Below the pieces are notes generated by a model. That model did not search any database. It was not told the origin of the DNA and saw only the letters and a list, made by a program, of their open reading frames with translations. A DNA stretch of 45,381 bases from Terrimicrobiaceae bacterium (lineage in GTDB: Bacteria; Verrucomicrobiota; Verrucomicrobiia; Chthoniobacterales; JAATET01), in the NCBI GenBank assembly GCA_041689405.1, contig JBDNGG010000063.1, forward strand, positions 1 through 45,381, given 5' to 3'. Shown in pieces: positions 35,179 through 42,979 of this stretch (positions are counted from its first letter, which is position 1; every line of letters starts with the position of its first letter). Both the position numbers and the translations under genes were made by a program.

Positions 35179-37245
35179 CTACCAATCCCGCAACACATCC
35201 TGAAGCTGTCGGCGTTCTCGAAATTGGATCTGATCTTCTTCACTCTCCATGGCTCGCAGCAGACTTCGAGCCTGCGCCTCAGACATTTCACCCTCGCGCT
35301 CCTCGGTTGCCTCACCATCCTGTGGTTCTCCTTGAGGTTCGGACATATCCGGATTTGCCTGCAAATCACCTTCTTTCTTCTCGCCAGGTGTAGGCTGGGG
35401 AGTCGGGGCAGACTGACCATCGCGATTCTGCTGCGGTGAACTCTGCGGGGTCTGCTGTTCGTCTGGTTGCTGTTGATCCTGCTTCTGGTCCTGCTGTTGA
35501 TCCTGCTTCTGGTCCTGCTTCTGGTCCTGCTCCTGATCCTGCTTTTGATCCTGCTTTTGATCCTGCTTTTGATCCTGCTTCTGGTCCTGCTTTTGCTCCT
35601 GCTCCTGATCCTGCTTTTGGTCCTGCTTTTGATCCTGCTTTTGATCCTGCTTTTGATCCTGCTTTTGATCCTGCTTTTGATCCTGCTTTTGATCCTGCTT
35701 TTGATCCTGCTTTTGATCCTGATCCTGCTCCTGATCCTGCTCCTGCTGCTCTTTTTCAGCCTCATCGAGAAGCTTCTGAACAAGATCCCGATTTTCTTTG
35801 GCTAGCCGATTCTCCGGCTCACGGGTGAGGACATCATCGTAGTGTTTGATCGCATCCTTCCAGTCGGTGATTCTGGCTTCACTGGATTTCGCCCCTTCTC
35901 CGCGGCGAACCAGGGCGTTGGCAAGGTTGTATGTCACCTTGTTCCTCAACGCCTCGTCTTGAGTGAGCAGCGCACCCGTAAAGTAGTCAATTGCCCCAGG
36001 GAAATCTCCCAACTGATACGCCGAGGCACCGGCATTAAACTGGAGTTTATCACGATCGGGGCTTGTGGTTGCGTCGGACTGAAATGCCTGCAGCGCCGAT
36101 TCGTAATCCCCGGCATTGTATTTCTCCACCCCGGTTTGCGCAGCAACATCGAAACAGGTAGCACCAAAAACCAAAGCGCTGATCACGGTGGTTCGCGCAC
36201 CGTTGCGCGCCTCAGCAGGCCTCCGCCGACGGCGCCCCTCACCCACTAACATCCAAATTGCAAACAACCCCATAGCAATGCCCAGTGGCCATTGGTACTG
36301 CTCCACCGGTTGACGCGAGGCCAGCACTCCCGTCTCAACCTGCTCCAATGGCTCAATTCCATTAGTGAAAATCAATCGCGCTGCATCTGGATTAAGCGGA
36401 GTGTAGAAGCCGCCCGTAATCTCTGCAATTTCGGTAAGTCTTGCCACATCGAGCTTGGTCAAAACGGGCTCTCCTGCGGAATCCCGCACAAAATCCCTGC
36501 GTCCATCAATGGTCTGAATGGGAATCAGTGATCCTTCTTCAGAACCGATTCCTACGGTGAAGATCCGGATCCCCTCCCCTTCGGCGCGTTTGGCAACAGC
36601 CAACCCATCGGTATCCAGTTCCTCTCCATCCGTTAAAACAACCAATGCTCGGACCACACCCTCGGCTTTTCCAAACGCGTCAATCGCAGTTTGGATTGCA
36701 GCTCCGATATTCGTCCCTCCCCTCGGAATCAAATCGGTATCGAGTTCCTCAATCGAAGAAAAGATCGCATTCCGGTCTAATGTTAACGGCGCTTGCAAGA
36801 ATGCCGATCCCGCAAAAGCAATCACAGCGACCCGGTCCCCGGACAGCATGCGCGCGAGGTCCAACGCGACGAGCTTTGCCCGCGCCAAGCGCGTGGGCGG
36901 TACATCCGTCGCCAGCATACTGCGTGAGACGTCGAATGCCATAATGACATCGCGCCCGGTCGTTTTGATTTCTCTCTGGATGTATCCGAGGCGGGGTTTT
37001 GCCAGCGCGACGATTACCAAAGCAAATATCGAAACTACCAGAGCAAAGCGAAAAATCCGGACCGAATGGCTCACTCCGGACGCGAGTTGCTCTCTCAAGC
37101 GGGGCGCGACGATGCGGGTGATCAACTGGTTCCGCTTGATCTGGGCACGCCAATATACAACAGCTAGAGCTGGCACAACAAGCAGCGCCCACAGCCACTC
37201 CGGCTGTCCGAAAGCAAGAGCAGTTTCTACGGCAGTCGTCTCCAT
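35179..37245 (-). CDS. VWA-domain + TPR fusion protein (BatB-like N-terminus, BatC-like C-terminus) with a QDQK repeat tract
   Basis: N-terminal TM pair, MIDAS motif AFDVSRSM and VVLTDGEE. After internal TM segments, TPR-like repeats (YNAGDYESALQAF, YQLGDFPGAIDYF). Then about 100 residues of (QDQK)n. Confidence 0.85.
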   Translation of the reverse strand: METTAVETALAFGQPEWLWALLVVPALAVVYWRAQIKRNQLITRIVAPRLREQLASGVSHSVRIFRFALVVSIFALVIVALAKPRLGYIQREIKTTGRDVIMAFDVSRSMLATDVPPTRLARAKLVALDLARMLSGDRVAVIAFAGSAFLQAPLTLDRNAIFSSIEELDTDLIPRGGTNIGAAIQTAIDAFGKAEGVVRALVVLTDGEELDTDGLAVAKRAEGEGIRIFTVGIGSEEGSLIPIQTIDGRRDFVRDSAGEPVLTKLDVARLTEIAEITGGFYTPLNPDAARLIFTNGIEPLEQVETGVLASRQPVEQYQWPLGIAMGLFAIWMLVGEGRRRRRPAEARNGARTTVISALVFGATCFDVAAQTGVEKYNAGDYESALQAFQSDATTSPDRDKLQFNAGASAYQLGDFPGAIDYFTGALLTQDEALRNKVTYNLANALVRRGEGAKSSEARITDWKDAIKHYDDVLTREPENRLAKENRDLVQKLLDEAEKEQQEQDQEQDQDQKQDQKQDQKQDQKQDQKQDQKQDQKQDQKQDQKQDQEQEQKQDQKQDQKQDQKQDQKQDQEQDQKQDQKQDQQQDQKQDQQQPDEQQTPQSSPQQNRDGQSAPTPQPTPGEKKEGDLQANPDMSEPQGEPQDGEATEEREGEMSEAQARSLLRAMESEEDQIQFRERRQLQDVLRDW
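35465..35750 (-). repeat. In-frame 12-nt tandem repeat (plus-strand unit GATCCTGCTTTT; coding strand CAG GAT CAA AAG = QDQK), about 23 units
   Basis: Read directly. There are 7 perfect consecutive units at 35631..35714, flanked by degenerate units (C/T and A/G substitutions). Confidence 0.9.
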
Positions 37246-38246
37246 AAAGTTTGTGATCCTACAGTTTCAACTAAAAGGAAAATGATTCCGGCCATTAGAA
37301 ACCACGGGAACAAATCCTCGTATTGCGCGATCTTCTCGATCTCGATCTTGGACTTTTCCAGCTTGTCGATCTCCCCGAAAATTTCAGCCAGCGAACGCGT
37401 GTCCGTGGCGCGAAAATATTGTCCTCCAGAAATTGAAGCGATTTGCTTGAGGACGTTTTCATCGAATTCCACCGGCACATTGCGATACACCGTTCGACCA
37501 AAAGCATCAGTCATCGGATAGGGGGCATTTCCACGGGTTCCCGCACCAATCGTATAAATCCGAATCCCCAGCGCCTTCGCAGCTTCGGCCGCAGTCAACG
37601 GCATCACTTTGCCGGCATTGTTGTCTCCATCCGTAAGCAAAACAATGAGCTTGGTTTTTGCTTCCTTGTTCTCCAATCGCTTGGCGGCCGAAGCAATCGC
37701 CGACCCGATGGCAGTGCCGTCCTCGACCAAGCCGATTTGCACGCGCTCCAGGTTGCGAATCAGCCACTCGTGATCGAGTGTCAGCGGACTCACCAAATAG
37801 GGACGCCCCGCAAATGCAACAATCCCGATACGATCATTTGGCCGCTCGGTAATAAATCGCTCAGTGACCTGACGCACCGCATCAAGCCGGTTTGCACGCT
37901 GGTTGCCAATCGAAAAATCCTCCGCTTTCATCGATCCCGAAACGTCAATGGCAAGCATGATGTCGATACCGCTGGCTTCCACACGCGTGATCGTCGAGCC
38001 CAGTTGTGGTCGCGCTGCGGCGACCGTGAAACACGCAAGTGCCACCAGCGCCAGCGAGGTGAGCAGACCACCCACGCGCGACCGGCGACGACTTCCGATT
38101 TTTTCCAGCGCGCCGGTTGATGAAAAGACGACGCCAGGAGTGCCGCCAAACCGGCCTTTCAGCCAGGCGATCGCTGGCAACAGCAATAGCAACGATAGCA
38201 CCCACGGGTGTTGAAACGTCATGCCACCAAGCTCCATGCCGTTCAC
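37227..38246 (-). CDS. VWA-domain membrane protein, BatA-like
   Basis: FQHPWVLSLLLLLPAIAWL N-terminal TM, MIDAS motif AIDVSGSM, VLLTDGDNN, and a C-terminal TM. GTG at 38246 overlaps the upstream stop; alternative ATGs at 38237 and 38222. Confidence 0.85.
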   Translation of the reverse strand: MNGMELGGMTFQHPWVLSLLLLLPAIAWLKGRFGGTPGVVFSSTGALEKIGSRRRSRVGGLLTSLALVALACFTVAAARPQLGSTITRVEASGIDIMLAIDVSGSMKAEDFSIGNQRANRLDAVRQVTERFITERPNDRIGIVAFAGRPYLVSPLTLDHEWLIRNLERVQIGLVEDGTAIGSAIASAAKRLENKEAKTKLIVLLTDGDNNAGKVMPLTAAEAAKALGIRIYTIGAGTRGNAPYPMTDAFGRTVYRNVPVEFDENVLKQIASISGGQYFRATDTRSLAEIFGEIDKLEKSKIEIEKIAQYEDLFPWFLMAGIIFLLVETVGSQTLWRRLP

Positions 38247-38764
38247 AACTTTACCTCCTCAGTCCGAGCCGTTGCGTTTTGGATAAGGCCTTCTGCTGCG
38301 GATAGTAACCTGCGGCACTCGTCGGGACCTGCTGTCATCCGCGCAAATTTAATCATATCCGCCAACTCCAGAAAATCTGACAGCATCTCAAACTGTTCTT
38401 CCGTGTAGGTGGTGCGACCCTGCATCGCATCGAGGAACTCACGCGTCGTCTGACGTGTGGCCAACAGCCCCTGCGACTCCTCGATATACCTGCGCAAGAC
38501 CTCGGACACTTCGATGCTAAAAGGATATGCCTGCGCTCCCTCGACCTGCCCACGCAAGGCGTCGATCCGCTTCATTGCTCGTTCCGTCGCCGTCGTGACG
38601 CGGGATTTGCGCTTTCTCAGAAAGAAAAACCAAACCAGGAAGCCGACTACCGCAAGCACCGCGATCGCTGCGGCCACGACCATCCACACTGGATAGGGAA
38701 AAAATCCAACTGGAGGCAGAATGTCGTGGATTGGCACCGGAGTGGCCGATTCCTCGGGCATCAT
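38243..38764 (-). CDS. Small TM protein typical of the DUF58-BatA interval (DUF4381-like)
   Basis: 173 aa with a single TM (VWMVVAAAIAVLAVVGFLVWFFFL). Its position matches Bat/MoxR operons. ATGA overlap with the DUF58 stop at 38761..38764. Confidence 0.6.
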   Translation of the reverse strand: MMPEESATPVPIHDILPPVGFFPYPVWMVVAAAIAVLAVVGFLVWFFFLRKRKSRVTTATERAMKRIDALRGQVEGAQAYPFSIEVSEVLRRYIEESQGLLATRQTTREFLDAMQGRTTYTEEQFEMLSDFLELADMIKFARMTAGPDECRRLLSAAEGLIQNATARTEEVKL

Positions 38765-39645
38765 GCTGACATCCTCCGCTCCCGCTTTTCAAAAAATGCC
38801 CGCAATGGCATCAAGTAATCCCGGTCGGTTCGCAGTGGAACCACATCGATCCGGCGCTGACGGAATACCCGCTCCAACTCCTCGTGACGACGGTCTTCCA
38901 TCGCGGCAAACGCCGCCGACACTCCCCGATTGGAAGTATTGATTTCGATCTGGCGACCCGTTTCCGCGTCTTCGAGCGTTAGGATACCGACGTTCGGCAG
39001 CGTCTCTTCGCCGGGATCAATTACTGGCATCGCCACAAGGTCATGCCGCTTGCCGGTGACCGTAAGTGCCTTCACGAAATCTCCGCTGATAAAATCCGAG
39101 ATTACAAAGACGACCGCCTTGCGCGAGACGACCTTATTCAAATAATCGAGGGCAACCGACACTGCGGTCCCCCGCCGCTTGGGTTCAAAATATAACATTT
39201 CCCGAATCAACCGCAGCGTGTGCAAGCGACCCTTCTTTGGGGGTATGAATAGCTCGACTTCATCGGTGAACAAAAGCAGGCCGACCTTGTCGTTGTTCTG
39301 GATCGCACTGAATGCCAGGATCGACGCGACCTCCGCGGCCAGCTCTCGCTTGCTCGAATCAACACTGCCATAGGTCCCTGACGCGCTCACGTCCACGAGG
39401 AGCATCACAGTCATCTCACGCTCCTCGGTAAACTTCTTCACATACGGCACATTCATCCGCGCCGTCACGTTCCAGTCGATGCTCCTGATGTCGTCGCCGG
39501 GCGTGTATTCGCGAACTTCCTCGAAGTTCATGCCCCGGCCTTTGAAGACGCTGTGATACGCCCCGGCAAAGGATGAATCCACAAGCCGCCGGGTCCGCAA
39601 TTCAATGCGACGAATCTTTTTCAGGATGTCTTTTGCGTCACGCAT
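38761..39645 (-). CDS. DUF58 domain protein (MoxR-associated, VWA-like)
   Basis: 294 aa with the hallmark FKGRGMNFEEVREYTPGDDIRSIDWNVTAR and LLVDVSASG. Confidence 0.85.
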   Translation of the reverse strand: MRDAKDILKKIRRIELRTRRLVDSSFAGAYHSVFKGRGMNFEEVREYTPGDDIRSIDWNVTARMNVPYVKKFTEEREMTVMLLVDVSASGTYGSVDSSKRELAAEVASILAFSAIQNNDKVGLLLFTDEVELFIPPKKGRLHTLRLIREMLYFEPKRRGTAVSVALDYLNKVVSRKAVVFVISDFISGDFVKALTVTGKRHDLVAMPVIDPGEETLPNVGILTLEDAETGRQIEINTSNRGVSAAFAAMEDRRHEELERVFRQRRIDVVPLRTDRDYLMPLRAFFEKRERRMSA

Positions 39646-39740
39646 TTGGGAAAAAAATGGATACCGACATGGTGGGCACGATGCTCATGGAGCAGGTGGT
39701 CTCGCGGTCGGAGGATTTGTCTCCAACCACAATCCTCCAC

Positions 39741-40730
39741 TCAGGGTACGGCGATACCGGCAAAAATCTTTTCGACAATAGTCTCGCTGGTCACGGATTC
39801 CGCTTCGGCCTCGTAGCTGACTGCCACGCGGTGCCTCAGGATATCCAAACCGACCGACTTGACGTCCTGCGGCGTGACATAGCCACGACCGGCAAGGAAT
39901 GCCTGCGCTTTGGCAGCAAGCGTGAGATAGATCGTCGCACGCGGTGAAGCGCCGTACCGGATCATTCCATCGAGATTCAGCTTAAACGAACGTGGTTCGC
40001 GTGTCGCCCACACGATGTCGACGATGTAATCTTTGACACGATCGTCCACGAAAATCTCATTCACAACCCCGCGCGCCCTGATGATGTCTTCGGGCGAAAC
40101 GACGGCCGTCACTTCCAGCTTCGGAGCGGAAGTCGCCATGGCGTCGAGGATTGCACGTTCTTCAGTGCGGGTAGGATAGCCGACATGCACCTTTACCATG
40201 AACCGGTCCAACTGCGCCTCGGGAAGCTGGTAGGTCCCCTCCTGCTCAATCGGGTTCTGCGTGGCTAGCACGAGAAACGGATCCGGAAGTTTGAATGTCT
40301 TATCGCCAATCGTCACTTGCCGCTCCTGCATCGCCTCAAGCAACGCACTTTGGACCTTGGCGGGCGCTCGGTTGATTTCATCAGCCAGAATCAGGTTGGA
40401 AAATATCGGCCCTAACTTGGTGGAGAACTCCCCTTCGCGCGGATTGTAGATTAATGTTCCAATCAAATCTGCGGGTAGCAAATCCGGGGTGAACTGAAGC
40501 CTTTGAAACCCCGTGTGGATACAAGATGCGAGCGTCCTAACCGTCAGTGTCTTCGCGAGGCCGGGCACACCCTCGAGCAAGACGTGACCATTTGTGAGCA
40601 GCCCGGTGAGCAACCGCTCGATCAACACTTTTTGCCCTACCACTACCTTGCTGATTTCCTGCATCAACGGCTGCACCCAATGGCTGGCCTGTTGAACTTC
40701 CTGATTCAATTCCTGTGTGCTGCGACTCAT
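39741..40730 (-). CDS. MoxR-family AAA+ ATPase
   Basis: Start at the ATG at 40730 (MSRSTQEL). Walker A LLEGVPGLAKT, Walker B ILADEINRA, and ATQNPIEQEGTYQLPEAQLDRF. Confidence 0.9.
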   Translation of the reverse strand: MSRSTQELNQEVQQASHWVQPLMQEISKVVVGQKVLIERLLTGLLTNGHVLLEGVPGLAKTLTVRTLASCIHTGFQRLQFTPDLLPADLIGTLIYNPREGEFSTKLGPIFSNLILADEINRAPAKVQSALLEAMQERQVTIGDKTFKLPDPFLVLATQNPIEQEGTYQLPEAQLDRFMVKVHVGYPTRTEERAILDAMATSAPKLEVTAVVSPEDIIRARGVVNEIFVDDRVKDYIVDIVWATREPRSFKLNLDGMIRYGASPRATIYLTLAAKAQAFLAGRGYVTPQDVKSVGLDILRHRVAVSYEAEAESVTSETIVEKIFAGIAVP

Positions 40731-40876
40731 ACGACTAGTTATGGGGTTTAAAGAGATATACCGCTTCGGACACATGCCCGGCGATGTTAAATTCGACAGC
40801 GTTCAACGCTTAATGTTCGAAAGTTTCGTTCGCCTCGTGAAAGAAAGTTTCTCCCGAAGCAAAACGAAGCTGCGCG

Positions 40877-41263
40877 CTACGGCACGGTTTCCGGTTGCAC
40901 ATAAGCACCCACATCAAACTCGTCGCCGACATTGACATTATCGTAGCGCTCCTTATTCCGGAGATCCACCTCGTATTCCTTCGTTGACCCATCCCGGAAT
41001 TTGACGTCCACAAAGATGAGATACCGTCCATCAAATACAGCCGCGGCCACACCGCCCGCACCGATCACAACCTGCTCTTCCCGCTGAGCAATGAATTCCT
41101 TTTTCGTCACTATACCGCGCATGCGCGCATCGGTGATCTGATTGCCGGTAAAAAAGACCGCGTAAAAGACCACGCCAAGCACGAGAACACCGATGCCGAC
41201 TGCCCCAAAGATCAACGAAATCGGGGTCTTTACTTCAACTTTGCGGGGATCGGATTTGCTCAC
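40877..41263 (-). CDS. Small membrane-anchored hypothetical protein (128 aa)
   Basis: Single TM (ISLIFGAVGIGVLVLGVVFYAVFF) followed by a short beta-rich domain. No family recognised. Confidence 0.5.
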   Translation of the reverse strand: MSKSDPRKVEVKTPISLIFGAVGIGVLVLGVVFYAVFFTGNQITDARMRGIVTKKEFIAQREEQVVIGAGGVAAAVFDGRYLIFVDVKFRDGSTKEYEVDLRNKERYDNVNVGDEFDVGAYVQPETVP

Positions 41264-41342
41264 TCTTTGAAAGTAATCTCATTCGGCCGCGTGATTCAAT
41301 CACGAATGGCTCACACGCTCCAGCAATCCACGCGGCCACTCA

Positions 41343-42131
41343 CTAGTCGCGCTGCCAAGTCGGCTTGTTGTCAAAAACCCAGTGGTAATAGTCACGCCGA
41401 CCCAATTGGGATCCGGCATCTTCATCAAGAAACACTTTGGTCACCGGATGCATTTGCAATACCGATGCCGGATTGCTGGCAGTCACCGGCCCCTCGACAG
41501 CACCCGCCACCGCAGCCGCTTTGGATTCGCCAAATGCCAGCAGGAGCGCCGTGCGTGCTTCCATGATCGTTCCGATGCCCATAGTAATGACATGGTGTGG
41601 CACCTCAGCGGCAGACTCAAAATACTGCGCGTTATCCTCGCGCGTGCGCCGAGTGAGTGTCTTGATGCGTGTGCGCGAAGCCAATGACGACCCCGGCTCA
41701 TTAAATCCAATGTGGCCATCAGACCCGATGCCCAGCACCTGCACATCGATTCCACCAGCTCCACGAATATCATCCTCGTAGCGTTGGCAATAGGCGGGGA
41801 CGTCTTCGCCTGTAAGTAATCCCGTGGGGATGTGTACCCGCTGGCGATCGACGTTGATATGGTCGAAGAGGTTCTCCCACATGAAGCGGTGGTAGGACGC
41901 CACATGATCTGGCGCCAGACCCAAATACTCGTCGAGGTTGAAGGTCGTCACACCTGAGAAGTCCAATCCCTCGTTCCGATGCAACCGGATCAATTCCGCA
42001 TACAACCGGAGCGGAGTGCTCCCGGTTGCGAGGCCGATGACAGCGTCCGGTTTTCCCCGAATCACCCGGGCAAGGTGTCGAGCTGCAAGGGCTGAGGCAG
42101 CATCAGCATTGGGTTGAATGATGATCTCCAT
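41343..42131 (-). CDS. nagB: Glucosamine-6-phosphate deaminase
   Basis: 262 aa with GLATGSTPL, FNLDEY and GIGSDGHIGFNEPGSS. Confidence 0.9.
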   Translation of the reverse strand: MEIIIQPNADAASALAARHLARVIRGKPDAVIGLATGSTPLRLYAELIRLHRNEGLDFSGVTTFNLDEYLGLAPDHVASYHRFMWENLFDHINVDRQRVHIPTGLLTGEDVPAYCQRYEDDIRGAGGIDVQVLGIGSDGHIGFNEPGSSLASRTRIKTLTRRTREDNAQYFESAAEVPHHVITMGIGTIMEARTALLLAFGESKAAAVAGAVEGPVTASNPASVLQMHPVTKVFLDEDAGSQLGRRDYYHWVFDNKPTWQRD

Positions 42132-42133
42132 GG

Positions 42134-42976
42134 CTACTGAGAAAGAGAATTTTCGAGGTGGTCTTGGATATTTTGCCGGAGGCGGTCCACGTATTTCAGC
42201 GTGAATGGGAGCAGTTCCGAGGGGTCCGCTCCGATCAATGGCGTTAAGTCGATGGCCAATGCCGCATCCGAAATCGCATCGCCTTGTTTAGCATTCAGAA
42301 ATGTCGCATTGGCCTTCCGTCTTCCTGCAACCGCGAGGTCGTATCGCTTACCACCCGCAATCTGCGAATCAAAAACCCCATTGAGGGCACTGGCAAGATG
42401 AGCGGATCCGCTCACATCCATCACAATCTTCTCTGCATCGTCGAGCCAGTCGAGACCCCGCCACCCTTCACAGCCATAAAGCCGTTGGGGACGCCCGGAG
42501 GCGGGCAGTTGCTTGATCGCCTCCATCACCGCCACAAGCACACGGATATGCGTCACATGCTTGTCAGCAGGGTTATGGGTGTAGACTACCTCGGGACAAG
42601 TTTTGGCCAACAGCTCGCGCAACTCCTCGACCAGCGCGGTGCCCTGAGGCCGTACGATCGAGCCGCTCGGATACATGAGCTGCGCCACAAAGGAATACCT
42701 TCCAATGTCCGCCGCCTGCCGCTGCTCGCGCATTCGAATTTCACAAAGTTCATCGTCCGAAGTGTTGGCATAGGGACCTTTACGGGAGCTTCCTTTACCG
42801 TCCGTGCAGATGACTCCACCAAACCAGCGGTCTGCGGAATAAAAGCATTCGGCAATCCCATGGAAAGCCATGAACTCCAGGTCGTCCTGGTGAGCGCCAA
42901 TGCCCAAATGCGTCGTGCGCGAAAGCCCCGTCTCAGGAGGCAGTCCATCGGGGATGTAAATCTCCGGAGCCCGCAT
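42134..42976 (-). CDS. PIG-L/LmbE-family de-N-acetylase
   Basis: 280 aa with LGIGAHQDDLEF (a variant of the AHPDDE metal motif) and HNPADKHVTH. Confidence 0.8.
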   Translation of the reverse strand: MRAPEIYIPDGLPPETGLSRTTHLGIGAHQDDLEFMAFHGIAECFYSADRWFGGVICTDGKGSSRKGPYANTSDDELCEIRMREQRQAADIGRYSFVAQLMYPSGSIVRPQGTALVEELRELLAKTCPEVVYTHNPADKHVTHIRVLVAVMEAIKQLPASGRPQRLYGCEGWRGLDWLDDAEKIVMDVSGSAHLASALNGVFDSQIAGGKRYDLAVAGRRKANATFLNAKQGDAISDAALAIDLTPLIGADPSELLPFTLKYVDRLRQNIQDHLENSLSQ

Positions 42977-42979
42977 ACG

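Noticed and set aside
35465-35750. Possible CRISPR array or replication-origin-like GATC cluster
   Set aside because: The units are 12 nt, contiguous with no spacers, and lie in-frame inside a CDS, so this is not a CRISPR array. No DnaA-box-like motifs or AT-rich unwinding element are nearby, so I do not call an origin.
35169-35828. ORFs 35169..35783 (-), 35436..35828 (+) and 35467..35805 (+), encoding SRIK, DPAF and poly-Leu repeats
   Set aside because: These are artefacts of the 12-nt tandem repeat, which keeps every frame open. Only the frame continuous with the VWA/TPR protein (QDQK) has flanking sequence with coding character.
36518-38120. 255-aa and 225-aa plus-strand ORFs (36518..37285 and 37443..38120)
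   Set aside because: They are antisense to the BatB/C-like and BatA-like VWA genes. The translations are Ser/Arg/Pro-rich with no motifs.
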